Positions 1 through 9,468 of a DNA stretch of 64,000 nucleotides are shown one piece after another. The notes under the pieces were generated by a model, which searched no databases, was not told the origin of the DNA, and was given only the letters and a program-made list of their open reading frames with translations. The position numbers and the translations under genes were made by a program. Numbering within the stretch: the first letter of the stretch is position 1; each line of letters opens with the position of its first letter. Origin of the DNA: Bdellovibrionales bacterium (GTDB taxonomy: Bacteria; Bdellovibrionota; Bdellovibrionia; Bdellovibrionales; UBA1609); the NCBI GenBank assembly GCA_019637855.1, contig JAHBUX010000001.1, positions 16,754 to 80,753 on the forward strand, written 5' to 3'.

Positions 1-1182
1 GAGTATTGGCGCACTTGGGTCAAGCACTGCTCGGTGCCCACGTTGTTCCAAAAAGAAGTGATCCGTTCTGCACTTGCATTGAAACTGCACGTGTACGAAG
101 ACACCGGCGCCATTCTCGCCGCCCTGACTACCAGCCTGCCAGAAGAAGTCGGTCACGAGCGCAATTGGGACTATCGTTTCTGTTGGCTACGTGATTCTTA
201 TTTCGTTTTGTCGGCCTTCCACAATCTGGGCCAGTTCGAAGAGATGGAAGGCTTCTTGAAGTTCGTTTTGAATTTGGCGTACAAGCGCGAAGAGTCGCGC
301 ACTCGTCTGGCGCCGGTCTACACCCTCAATCAAGACCTACCGCTGCCCGAAACTGTGCACGCCAATTGGGCCGGCTGGAAAGACAGTGGACCCGTGCGCA
401 GTTTGAACCAAGCCGCTGAACACGTGCAAAACGATGTCTATGGCGAAATGGTGCTGACACTCTCACCGATCTTTTTTGATGAACGCTTTGCTCAGCTGCG
501 CACCAGTGAACATGAAGAGCTGATGGCGCACTTAGGTCAGTTGTGCGCGCGTACCATCTCTGTGCCCGACGCGGGTTTGTGGGAGGTGCGCAATGGTTGG
601 CAAGAGCACACCTTTAGCAATCTGATGTGTTGGGCTGGCCTTGAACGCATCGAACGCATTCAGAAGAATGGCTACCTCAAGAATCTGCCTTTTGACGTCC
701 GCAAAGAGCGCGAGCGCGCCGAAGCGGCGGTTAAAAACGCGATCAAGGAAGGCATCGTTTACAACGGACCTACCGATCAAACTTTGGATTCGGCCTTGGC
801 ATTGTTGGCGGTGCTACGTTTTCCTGATCCAGCGGCCAACGAGGCCACTCTTGGCAAAATACGCGAGGTTTTGGCCACCGACGGTGGCGAGGGCTCCTAT
901 CTCTATCGCTATTTGCGCAATGACGATTTCGGCAAGCCCGGATCTGCATTTGTGATCTGCTCGTTTTGGATCGCTCAAGGTCTGGCGCATTTGGGTCGCA
1001 AGGAAGAAGCCCGCCGCATCCTTGACGATCTCACCAAGGCGTCCAATCAAGTGGGACTCTTGGCCGAGCACTTCGAGCCCAAGAGCCGCACGCAGTTGGG
1101 CAACTTTCCGCAGGCGTATTCGCATGTCGGTATGATCAATGCCGCGTTCGATGCCAGCCCGCCGTGGAGCGAGATCCTCTAG
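1..1182 (+). CDS. Glycoside hydrolase family 15 (glucoamylase/trehalase-like), 5'-truncated by window edge
   Basis: Frame is open from base 1. GH15 motifs TGAILAALTTSLPE, RNWDYRFCWLRD, GLWEVR, AFVICSFW, GLLAEH, GNFPQAYSH. Confidence 0.92.
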   Translation, partial: EYWRTWVKHCSVPTLFQKEVIRSALALKLHVYEDTGAILAALTTSLPEEVGHERNWDYRFCWLRDSYFVLSAFHNLGQFEEMEGFLKFVLNLAYKREESRTRLAPVYTLNQDLPLPETVHANWAGWKDSGPVRSLNQAAEHVQNDVYGEMVLTLSPIFFDERFAQLRTSEHEELMAHLGQLCARTISVPDAGLWEVRNGWQEHTFSNLMCWAGLERIERIQKNGYLKNLPFDVRKERERAEAAVKNAIKEGIVYNGPTDQTLDSALALLAVLRFPDPAANEATLGKIREVLATDGGEGSYLYRYLRNDDFGKPGSAFVICSFWIAQGLAHLGRKEEARRILDDLTKASNQVGLLAEHFEPKSRTQLGNFPQAYSHVGMINAAFDASPPWSEIL

Positions 1183-2132
1183 ATACTTTTTGTGAGTTCT
1201 TCGTAGGCCGCGGTAAAAAGCGGCGCTTCCAAGACTTGAAAGGACTCGTCGAAAAGCCCATCAAGCTTCTTTACATCCTCATCGGCGGTGAGTTTAGCGA
1301 GATCCTTGCTCCACCCTTGTTTGATCGGCACCAGAGGCGCATCGAGCGACACGGCTTTGTCAGGCCTCTCGAGTGCAAAGGATAAACCACTGGCTTCTTC
1401 ATAGCCTAGGCGCGAAGGCGTGTCGGTATAGTTGATACGGACGGTCTCGGCGCTCAAACTTTTCTTTGCGCCCGCCCAACGCTCGAAATGGTAGTCTCTT
1501 CCGGCCACCACGATCTTGGGTAGGGCCGTCCCGGTTTTCGAAAAAGCCGCGCGAATATGACGTTCAAAAGCCATCATAATGACTTTGTTCCAATGCACGT
1601 AGCGGTCTTTCAATGGCGACTTCTTCAACAGGCGATACAGATCGCATTGAATCTCCACCACTACGACGGCACTTTCGCGCACATAGTAACGAATAAACGC
1701 GAAAGCGCTTTGCAGATGGCGATAGGTGGGAAGTGGAACGACCTTTTCAAAATGCAGCTTACGCTCCTCTTCCGAGAGATACATTGCGTACAAATGGCAA
1801 TCGCTGCCGAAATCCACCAAGCAGTCTTCGCTGAAGAATTCGCAAGGGTAGGAGCGAAATGTGGCAGGGAAAAGGCGCACAGATTTCTTCTTCGACGAGG
1901 CGGGGCCAATGACCTCTTTGCGCGGGGTGAGCGATTCATGCAAACGGTACAGCGGATTGTTGAACACGCGTTCGACTTCGGCCAACTGCTTGCCTTTGAA
2001 ATATTGACGATCCAAGAGCAGCTCTTCCCAAGGTCGACCGACCGCTCTTTGCATAGCGATCTGTTGAAGGAGCTCTTGCGGGTTCGCGGCTGAACGTATT
2101 TTGTGGATGACGGAATTCTTACCAAGATGCAT
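1179..2132 (-). CDS. Hypothetical protein (317 aa)
   Basis: Long ORF convergent with the GH15 gene. No family recognised; contains AFIRYY...VVVVEIQCDLY. Confidence 0.65.
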   Translation of the reverse strand: MHLGKNSVIHKIRSAANPQELLQQIAMQRAVGRPWEELLLDRQYFKGKQLAEVERVFNNPLYRLHESLTPRKEVIGPASSKKKSVRLFPATFRSYPCEFFSEDCLVDFGSDCHLYAMYLSEEERKLHFEKVVPLPTYRHLQSAFAFIRYYVRESAVVVVEIQCDLYRLLKKSPLKDRYVHWNKVIMMAFERHIRAAFSKTGTALPKIVVAGRDYHFERWAGAKKSLSAETVRINYTDTPSRLGYEEASGLSFALERPDKAVSLDAPLVPIKQGWSKDLAKLTADEDVKKLDGLFDESFQVLEAPLFTAAYEELTKSI

Positions 2133-2168
2133 TTTATTGATACTAGCTATGGCTATGGGAGTCGTGCA

Positions 2169-3029
2169 ATGCGGGGCGAGGGCCAGGTTTCTGCTCTTCT
2201 TTATCTCTTTTTAGCGGCCGCTTTATGGGCTGTTGGCTACCCGGCGACCAAGTGGGGTCTGGAAAGCTTTGCGGTTTTCGACCTTTGTCTGGTTCGCTGT
2301 GTGTTGGCTGCCCTAGTCTTAACTCCCGTAGCTTTGCGTTTTCCGATATCCCGCGGAGAACTGCAATTCGCCTTCTTACAAGGCGCACTCTTTTCCGCCA
2401 TCTTAGGTTTGCAAGTGCTCGCCCTTGAACGCACATCCACCGCCAACGCAATCTTCTTTTCCAATCTATATGTTTTGTTTATTCCTTTGTTTTTGTGGGT
2501 GGGATGGAGGGCACGACCAAGCGTGTGGTTGCTCTTGTGTTTTCCTCTCGCCGTCGCCGGCATCTATTTCACCGCTGAAGAGGATTGGTCACGCCTGCAG
2601 TTAGGAGACGTCTTTGCGCTTTTGGCGGCGCTGATCTCGGCGTTTCAAATTATCTCACTTGAGCGCTGGAATGATCGCATCACGTCCGCCACTCGTTTCG
2701 TGACCATTCAGTTTTATATCGCGGCGGCCTTTTTTGCTTTGGCACGGGTGTTTATGAGTGAAACCGCGCCTGATATATCCACGATCACTCCGTTCGCATG
2801 GGTAGGGCTAGGCATTCTGGTGGTCGGCTCTACCATAGGCGCCTTTGCGCTACAGATTCTTGGCCTAAGAAAGATCAGCGCCACAGTCTCGGGATATATC
2901 TTTTTGCTGGAAATTCCATTGGCCGTGTTCTTTGCATTTTTGATGCTACGAGAGACCGTGATTTACGATCAGCTGATCGGCGGGCTTTTGATTTTGCTGG
3001 CTGCAATTATCGCCGTGGCTGTGGGCTAA
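2169..3029 (+). CDS. EamA/DMT family transporter
   Basis: About 10 hydrophobic segments in two EamA-like repeats (LW..GYPATK, GDVFALLAA, IFLLEIPLA). ATG at 2169 chosen to avoid overlap with the divergent gene. Confidence 0.88.
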   Translation: MRGEGQVSALLYLFLAAALWAVGYPATKWGLESFAVFDLCLVRCVLAALVLTPVALRFPISRGELQFAFLQGALFSAILGLQVLALERTSTANAIFFSNLYVLFIPLFLWVGWRARPSVWLLLCFPLAVAGIYFTAEEDWSRLQLGDVFALLAALISAFQIISLERWNDRITSATRFVTIQFYIAAAFFALARVFMSETAPDISTITPFAWVGLGILVVGSTIGAFALQILGLRKISATVSGYIFLLEIPLAVFFAFLMLRETVIYDQLIGGLLILLAAIIAVAVG

Positions 3030-3035
3030 AAAACA

Positions 3036-3061
3036 CTTCACCCGCGGCGCCGCGGGTGAAG
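3036..3061. terminator. Perfect 26-bp palindrome, probable bidirectional terminator
   Basis: CTTCACCCGCGGCGCCGCGGGTGAAG is its own reverse complement, lies between convergent genes and has an A-run on the left. Confidence 0.7.
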
Positions 3062-3076
3062 ATTTCGATCAAAAGA

Positions 3077-3643
3077 TTAAAACGTCCATCCTAATGAAAA
3101 CTCTGCCGACAGGCCGGCAACGCGATTTCTAACTGTCTCTTCAGAGCCATTGTTAGAATCGCGAACTTTGATATCGGTGCCACCAAGACCGGCAGTCAAA
3201 CCTCCACCCAACATCATATTGAAGCTATCCCAGAACCATCCGTAACCTACCAAGCAGCCGAGAAAGAGCCCAGAGGCTTTTCCAGTGGAGGTTCCCAGTG
3301 AATCTTTGATCGACACTTCGACGTCGGCATAGTTCAACGACGGGCCGATGTAGAGACCGTCGGTGAATACTCCATTTTTAAACCAGTTGGCGCGAGCCCC
3401 AATCCCCATAGCCTTGATGCTGTATTCATAAGAACCAAGACCTTCACTACCCCACTTGATATTCCAGTAGGTCAAATCAGGACCGATGGTCCATTCGGGC
3501 GCCACGGTGACGTCCAGAGCCACACCGATAGAGCCTGCGATCAAACCGATCGGATTAAAGCGAAAGTTAAACTGGCTTGCAGAATCAGCATGGGCCAGGG
3601 ACGAGAACAATAGAATGGAAACAACGGACAATAGGCGTTTCAA
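3077..3643 (-). CDS. Outer-membrane beta-barrel protein (DUF3575-like)
   Basis: Signal peptide ending AHA, alternating beta-strand pattern, C-terminal LGWTF (BAM-type terminal Phe). Confidence 0.75.
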   Translation of the reverse strand: MKRLLSVVSILLFSSLAHADSASQFNFRFNPIGLIAGSIGVALDVTVAPEWTIGPDLTYWNIKWGSEGLGSYEYSIKAMGIGARANWFKNGVFTDGLYIGPSLNYADVEVSIKDSLGTSTGKASGLFLGCLVGYGWFWDSFNMMLGGGLTAGLGGTDIKVRDSNNGSEETVRNRVAGLSAEFSLGWTF

Positions 3644-3733
3644 CGAATCCCCCCTTTTTAGTCCCTAAATGGAAGCGTAGAGGAAAATGAGAGTCAACAA
3701 TCCTCCCGTTGCGCAACAGCGCTTGCTACTTAG

Positions 3734-4303
3734 CTACTTGGTATAGAAAACAAAAGTTTTAGCTAAACTCTCCGTGCGATTCCCGGCGTTACCGAACCAA
3801 CCCTGCAAGCGAACCACCACTTCATATCTAAATCCGGGAAGCGGTGGGCCCACCTCGCCTGCCAAGAAGAACGCCGGCTCGATCTCATCACAAGAAGCCA
3901 TGGCAGGGTCTACCCCAAGTCTAAGTACTCCCCTGTCACCCGGAAGATAGGTACCAAATGAAACATACCGAATTTCTGTTACGACCGAGTTGCAAATTGT
4001 TGTTCGATTGTAGTCGGCCGGGGCGAAGACAATCGTCTTTAAAGGCTTACTCTTATCGGCCGGGTCAAAAATATCGTAGATCACACTCACTATCGTTAAG
4101 GTCTGCGAGGACTGATTCTCCACTACGATTCGAGCGCCAAACCATGGCCCTAAAACACCATTCCCATTGTGATCTCGTGTGGCGCCCAAAATCACTACGG
4201 GCACTTCCGGACGCACTGAGGGCTGCACCAAATCGCCTAGCTTCGGTCCAGCCAGCACATTTACGGAATGCGCCAGAAGAGCTGCCAAAATCCACCTTGT
4301 CAT
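3734..4303 (-). CDS. Secreted hypothetical protein
   Basis: N-terminal signal peptide, GGA(G)G-like RBS, directly downstream of 4317..5354. Confidence 0.65.
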   Translation of the reverse strand: MTRWILAALLAHSVNVLAGPKLGDLVQPSVRPEVPVVILGATRDHNGNGVLGPWFGARIVVENQSSQTLTIVSVIYDIFDPADKSKPLKTIVFAPADYNRTTICNSVVTEIRYVSFGTYLPGDRGVLRLGVDPAMASCDEIEPAFFLAGEVGPPLPGFRYEVVVRLQGWFGNAGNRTESLAKTFVFYTK

Positions 4304-4316
4304 TTCATCCTCCTAG

Positions 4317-5354
4317 TTAATAGGGCCTGCACGTCGCTGCCTCGGACCCATAGGGCAGTAAATCAAAACCTTCATTTGTATACCGCATACCGATATCCAA
4401 AGAGGAAATCGCCGTACGCGTGAGTGCGGAAAGGAGCATCCCCTGTGCACTGAGTTTCAACTCCACCACAGCCGTACCCGGATTAAAGCCATAGATTTCA
4501 AGTGGACTGACCAAGCGACCTGACGAAGCCGCCACTATTGTGTCGTCGGGATTAAAGAAAATCTGATTTTGCAGAATATCTTGGTGCACGTCCGTACTAA
4601 ACGGCTGACCGAAACGCGCGAACACCACGCGATAGCCTTGCGGGTAGTAAGGCGCCTTTCTAGAGAGTGGATAAACCCAGTAATCAACGGTCGCACCAGA
4701 ACACTTAAACACCCAACGATCTCTTGGAATCTGTACGAAAGACGTGGGTAAACATGCTTCATCCTCTGACAACAAGCAAGCATTCAAATGGCGAGAGTAA
4801 ATGGAATTGTCGTGCCTAAATGTGGTCTCACGCATCGTTTTATAAATAGCCTCGTGCAGCCATGCACCGGCCATGTGACGCGAACTGATCAGGCTACCGA
4901 AGATCTCCACATCCAAATCAAGTTCAACGGTAAGGCCGTTAAAACGCATCATGCCTTCGGCAGGAAATCCAGAGGGGAAATAGTCGAGCTTAAGATCAGC
5001 AGGCAATTGAATGCGAACACCCGGCGGTAGTACGCGAACATGCGAACGCACGTACTCGTAGTCCAACCGTACCTGCGTCGCCAAAGTAGGATCTGCTTTG
5101 GAGAGACGAGTGATTGCGGAAGCAATTAAAGTGTCAACGCTCTCTGATGTCTCATCCTTAATATGCAATGTACCTACTCGGTTCGGCCACTGGAAGGGAA
5201 TATGCTGTGCCTCCCAGATATCGATCAACAAAGCGCTTTGTACTTTGCCAGTGACATCACGCTGAACAAATGCGCCGCCACCGCCACTGGTAGCTGTACC
5301 CTGGAAAGCCAGGGCCGCAAAGGTGTACAGGTAGATCGATAAAATTGAAACCAC
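4317..5354 (-). CDS. Secreted hypothetical protein with GGGG motif and HExxY motif
   Basis: Signal peptide followed by GTATSGGGG; WLHEAIY motif; divergent from a TIGR02147 gene. Confidence 0.7.
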   Translation of the reverse strand: MVSILSIYLYTFAALAFQGTATSGGGGAFVQRDVTGKVQSALLIDIWEAQHIPFQWPNRVGTLHIKDETSESVDTLIASAITRLSKADPTLATQVRLDYEYVRSHVRVLPPGVRIQLPADLKLDYFPSGFPAEGMMRFNGLTVELDLDVEIFGSLISSRHMAGAWLHEAIYKTMRETTFRHDNSIYSRHLNACLLSEDEACLPTSFVQIPRDRWVFKCSGATVDYWVYPLSRKAPYYPQGYRVVFARFGQPFSTDVHQDILQNQIFFNPDDTIVAASSGRLVSPLEIYGFNPGTAVVELKLSAQGMLLSALTRTAISSLDIGMRYTNEGFDLLPYGSEAATCRPY

Positions 5355-5449
5355 GTTTCCCCCGATTGAATCTCAGGCTATTTTCATTGACCGTGTCATG
5401 TCGATGTCATTTTAATAAATTTATAACTTCGGATTTTAGGTTTTTATAA

Positions 5450-6247
5450 ATGCAGCTCAGCGTCTTTGATTTCAAAAATTATAAAGACTATTTGAAAGCA
5501 CGCCTGGCGGGTAAAGGCGAAAAATCAAACTTTGCTAAACATATCGGATGCCAACCGTCGTTTCTGTCACAGGTTTTGTGTGGCAACCCCAGCCTCTCGC
5601 TCGAGCAGGGCGTCTTAGCTAACGATTGTTTAGGTCACTCGAGCGCGGAGAGCCAATACTTTCTCGCTCTTCTACAATTTGAACGAGCCGGCAGCGTGCG
5701 TCTAAAACAACACTTCCAAACCGAGATCAATCACGCTCTAAAAGAACATTGGCAAGTAAAAGAACGGTTGGCACCATGGCGCGAACTGACACCCGCGGCA
5801 CGTGCAACTTACTACTCCTCATGGGTTTACGGCGCGGTACATGTGCTAACCGCTATTCCGTGCGCAGATCAGATCGATTTTTTTCTTAAACGCACAGGAC
5901 TTCAACGCGATGAACTCAATGAAGTTCTCAAGTTTCTTTGCCAATATGGGCTCGTCGCTACCAATGCAGAAGGCACCTATCGCCCCACTGAGACCCGCGT
6001 TCACCTGCCGAGCAGCGACCCCCTAGTTTTGAATCACCATCGCAATTTACGAGCCCGTGCATTGCACGAAATGCAAATGCCCAATGAGGACAACTTGCAC
6101 TACAGCCTTTTGATGGCCGTAGCGAAAAGTGATGGCCTTAAAATTCGTGAGATGATTTTAAAGATGGTCGAAAGCACGGATAAAATTATCCGCCCTTCTC
6201 AAGAGGAGTCCGCCTTTCAACTCAATCTGGACTTTTTTGAACTTTGA
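5450..6247 (+). CDS. TIGR02147/DUF4423 family HTH regulator
   Basis: FDFKNYKDYL start, HTH-like FAKHIGCQPSFLSQVL, YYSSW, C-terminal FQLNLDFF. Confidence 0.85.
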   Translation: MQLSVFDFKNYKDYLKARLAGKGEKSNFAKHIGCQPSFLSQVLCGNPSLSLEQGVLANDCLGHSSAESQYFLALLQFERAGSVRLKQHFQTEINHALKEHWQVKERLAPWRELTPAARATYYSSWVYGAVHVLTAIPCADQIDFFLKRTGLQRDELNEVLKFLCQYGLVATNAEGTYRPTETRVHLPSSDPLVLNHHRNLRARALHEMQMPNEDNLHYSLLMAVAKSDGLKIREMILKMVESTDKIIRPSQEESAFQLNLDFFEL

Positions 6248-6267
6248 GACTGTCGCGCAACGGGTGC

Positions 6268-6804
6268 TCAGTCTCGATCACCGTAACGTTTATGTCCCCG
6301 CCGACCTACCTGATTCTGGTAAGCCATCTCGCCAAAATGTTTACGAGCGGCCGAGTTGTACGCTGACGCGGCTTCGTCTTCCGAATCGAAATGCCCCAGA
6401 TTGATCGAGCGACCATCGACTTCGATGCCCGCGCGCCATTTCCCGTCGGCCTTCGAATAAGAAACCCCGCGATAACTAGAGGACGCGTTAATACGCTTCT
6501 TCGGCAATAGGCGTTGACGCTCGGCCAGCGTGCAAACGATCAAATTGTTCTTGCGATAGTCCAAACCCTCATTGAATCGCCGCGGATACACTTGCTTGCC
6601 CTTTGGCGGTTTCATCAAGAACTTACCCAAGGTCACGCTACGCACACCTTGCGGAGTACGCACCGAAGTCACCACGCGCTGCCGACCTGTCGTGCCCTTC
6701 GTCACCCGCCATGAGTGTTGACTGACGCGCTCCAAATCTTCTTTGTCGATCTTTACTTTTAGATTTGGGTGAACCGAAAGATAACACCATGCCTTGGCCG
6801 CCAT
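6268..6804 (-). CDS. AP2-domain DNA-binding protein with degenerate HNH domain
   Basis: AP2 motif SSYRGVS...KWRAGI...INLGHFDSEDEAASAYNSAARKHFGE. Upstream HNH-like segment GLDYRKNNLIVCT. Confidence 0.85.
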   Translation of the reverse strand: MAAKAWCYLSVHPNLKVKIDKEDLERVSQHSWRVTKGTTGRQRVVTSVRTPQGVRSVTLGKFLMKPPKGKQVYPRRFNEGLDYRKNNLIVCTLAERQRLLPKKRINASSSYRGVSYSKADGKWRAGIEVDGRSINLGHFDSEDEAASAYNSAARKHFGEMAYQNQVGRRGHKRYGDRD

Positions 6805-6952
6805 TCAAGTTCTCCTGATAAGGCTTTTTTAAAGCAAAACATGTCAGATCGTCGTTTACAAGAGATGGAATCTCAGTAAGCTGGAGATATGAGAACAGGG
6901 ATGTTTGCTCTATCAGTGGCCACGGCTGGCCACGCTCTCGAGGGGGATCGCT

Positions 6953-7300
6953 ATGCCGATTAATTCCGTTTTACAACTCCCCTGCAGCGATCCGGAACGC
7001 ACCAAAAAGTTCTTCGTCGATCAACTCGGCTTCGAGTGCAAAAAGGACTACACCGACGTCTTCGTCGTCGCCAAAGACAGCATCGAACTTTCTTATTGGA
7101 AAGTGTCACCCTCCGAAGACGCTGTCCTGCTGGCACGCAATGCGGACTACTTCGTGCGCGTAAACAACCTCACCGCCCTAATGCAAGAGTTTGAGGCCAG
7201 TGACCTGGATTTCGAAGCCAAGGTCGAACGCCAACCTTGGGGCGGAGTGGAGCTGCATATCTCAGATCCCGACGGCAATCGCATCCGCTTTGTTGAATAG
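6953..7300 (+). CDS. VOC/glyoxalase/bleomycin-resistance family protein
   Basis: FFVDQLGF and QPWGGVELHISDPDGNRIRF motifs; G-rich RBS before ATG 6953. Confidence 0.85.
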   Translation: MPINSVLQLPCSDPERTKKFFVDQLGFECKKDYTDVFVVAKDSIELSYWKVSPSEDAVLLARNADYFVRVNNLTALMQEFEASDLDFEAKVERQPWGGVELHISDPDGNRIRFVE

Positions 7301-7306
7301 ACGATT

Positions 7307-7936
7307 TTAAGTAAAGTGGCGCCCGGCGTATTTCCACTTTGGGCGAATAGAGAAGAAATAATAAAGCACACCCGCCAAGGCACCGCCTAAATGCGCGCCA
7401 TGACCGATCGGCAGCCCGCCTCCCTCTGCCTGTGCACTCAATCCCCAGATATCAAGAGCGACAAAAGCCAGAGCGCCGATCAATGCGGGTATGGGGATCA
7501 GGCCGAACAATAAGATTTTCTCGCGAGGAAACATAAGCGCAAACACGAGTACGGTTCCGGCGATCGCACCCGAAGCACCAACAGCCGAAAGGCTGGGGTC
7601 ACCCACGATAAAGGCCGACATCACCGCATGCGAAAACGAGGCAACCACCCCGGCCAAAATGTAAAAACGCAAGAAACGCCAGGAGCCCAGCACCTGCTCT
7701 ATCAGAGAGCCGAAGCTGTTGAGCACGAACATATTAATAAAGAGATGCAGTAAGAAATTGTGCGAGAACACCGAGGTGAGCAGAGTCCACCAGCGCCCCT
7801 CCATAAGTCCTGTCCAGCTCACCGTAAAGTTATTCGACAGAAACTCTAAAAGGTCGGGGTCGGCGAATTGCCACGCCAAGTAAACGACAACGTTGATTAG
7901 AATTAGAACACGAACCACGACATTTCGGCGAGACAT
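7307..7936 (-). CDS. Rhomboid family intramembrane serine protease
   Basis: WTLLTSVFSH, HLFINM, GASG (catalytic Ser) and AHLGG (catalytic His). Confidence 0.93.
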   Translation of the reverse strand: MSRRNVVVRVLILINVVVYLAWQFADPDLLEFLSNNFTVSWTGLMEGRWWTLLTSVFSHNFLLHLFINMFVLNSFGSLIEQVLGSWRFLRFYILAGVVASFSHAVMSAFIVGDPSLSAVGASGAIAGTVLVFALMFPREKILLFGLIPIPALIGALAFVALDIWGLSAQAEGGGLPIGHGAHLGGALAGVLYYFFSIRPKWKYAGRHFT

Positions 7937-8042
7937 CGGGTGAAGCTAGCACAAAACGGACACTAAGTCCTAAGCAGTTTCCCTTTAGTCGCGCCGATGA
8001 CTAAAGAAGCCATCTTGAACAGACCAAAGTGGGGGAACAACG

Positions 8043-8798
8043 ATGAAAGCGACGAAGTGGTTATTTTCAGTGATCGCCATGAGCCTATACCTGGCTCCCT
8101 TTAACCTGACGGCACAAGCCACCGGCGAAATCACTTATGAAGGATACGATCGCCAATCACCGGAAGAAATCGAGCGCGCTCGGCAAGAGATCGAGGCGAC
8201 CTTCGGCGCGCCCGATGCGGCCGTACCCATGTTCACACATGAAGGCGATCGCATGCAGATCCTCTTGCGCTACGCCTTTTTAGACCCGATGCAACAGGTA
8301 CCGACGGATCTTCTGGAAAAGGCCGTTCTTTATTTCGATAAGAACAAAAGCAAGTTTCCCAACGAAGACTATATGACGATCGTGGATTTTAAACCGCGTT
8401 CGGACAAAGCTCGCCTCTTTCTTATTAATATTAAGACAGGCGAAGTTAAAAAATATCACACCAGCCACGGTATCAATTCTGACAAGAACAAAAACGGCTA
8501 TGCCGAAAGCTTCGGCAATGTGATCAACTCAGGCAAAAGCTCGCTGGGTTTCGCGCGCGTTTCAGAAGTCTATAGCGGCAAATTCGGCCGCTCGATTCGT
8601 CTCGACGGTTTGAGCTCGACCAATTCCAATATCCGCGCCCGGGCCGTAGTCTTCCACGGCTGGGAAAAAACCTACGAGCGCGACACGCTTCAAGGCTTGA
8701 GCTGGGGCTGCATCACCATGGACTACGATGTTCGTGATGAGGTCCTGGACAAAATCAAAGAAGGCAGCCTGATGTACGTGGGAGTTTCGGGAAAATAA
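8043..8798 (+). CDS. Secreted murein L,D-transpeptidase (YkuD_2-like)
   Basis: Signal peptide; TSHG, SSLGF, RLDGL, RAVVFHG...GLSWGC catalytic H/C motif. Confidence 0.85.
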   Translation: MKATKWLFSVIAMSLYLAPFNLTAQATGEITYEGYDRQSPEEIERARQEIEATFGAPDAAVPMFTHEGDRMQILLRYAFLDPMQQVPTDLLEKAVLYFDKNKSKFPNEDYMTIVDFKPRSDKARLFLINIKTGEVKKYHTSHGINSDKNKNGYAESFGNVINSGKSSLGFARVSEVYSGKFGRSIRLDGLSSTNSNIRARAVVFHGWEKTYERDTLQGLSWGCITMDYDVRDEVLDKIKEGSLMYVGVSGK

Positions 8799-8875
8799 CA
8801 GGTCCCATTTTCGAACCTATCTAGGCGAAATGCCTCGCCAGACGGAACAGATGCCCATATCGGGTGGTTCCGTCT

Positions 8876-8891
8876 TGGCACACTGAATGCT
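8876..8891 (+). promoter_or_regulatory. Candidate sigma-54 (-24/-12) promoter
   Basis: TGGCACACTGAATGCT has GG-N10-GC spacing, just upstream of ATG 8905. Confidence 0.4.
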
Positions 8892-8904
8892 CTTACTACA
8901 CGGC

Positions 8905-9468
8905 ATGAAGAAGAACGCCGCATTCGCCGTGTTTGCGAACAAACAAGATGTAGAGAGAGCTTTCCTTGAACTCAATAGCGAGGGATTTCGCCCTGAGGAA
9001 GTCGCGGTTATTTTACCCGACCACGATGGGGACAAAGACTTCGCCGCCTCCGACCACCTCACGCGCATCACGCAAGGTGCGGGAATCGGTGCAGGCATAG
9101 GATTGATCGCCGGTTTGATACTGGGCTTTCTTGCCGGCTTCGGAGCCATTCCGCTTCCCACTTTGATCGATCTTCCTCTCAACGCGCTGACCGGGCCATT
9201 CATTGGTGGCATTTTTGGCCTGATCGCGGGCGCGGCTAGCGGCACACTGGTGGGGATCGGAACACCCGCCTCTCCAACAGAACGCTATGCCAAATATCTC
9301 GAGGACGGTGGCATCTTGGTTTCTGTTCATGCGGAGGAACATGCGCGTGCCCTACGCGCTATGGAAATCCTCGAACGCAATGACGGTTCGGACATTTCAG
9401 AAATCAATGAGAACGACGGCTGGAACGAAGTCCTGACCCGTACGCGCAGTTTCCGACCGGTAACTTAG
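8905..9468 (+). CDS. General stress / DUF3341-like membrane protein with glycine-rich hairpin
   Basis: AVFANKQDVERA, GAGIGAGIG glycine zipper, YAKYLEDGGILVSVH. Confidence 0.7.
   Translation: MKKNAAFAVFANKQDVERAFLELNSEGFRPEEVAVILPDHDGDKDFAASDHLTRITQGAGIGAGIGLIAGLILGFLAGFGAIPLPTLIDLPLNALTGPFIGGIFGLIAGAASGTLVGIGTPASPTERYAKYLEDGGILVSVHAEEHARALRAMEILERNDGSDISEINENDGWNEVLTRTRSFRPVT

Noticed and set aside
6268-6804. Active homing endonuclease or mobile intron
   Set aside because: Catalytic HNH residues are missing and no interrupted host gene or intron context is present.
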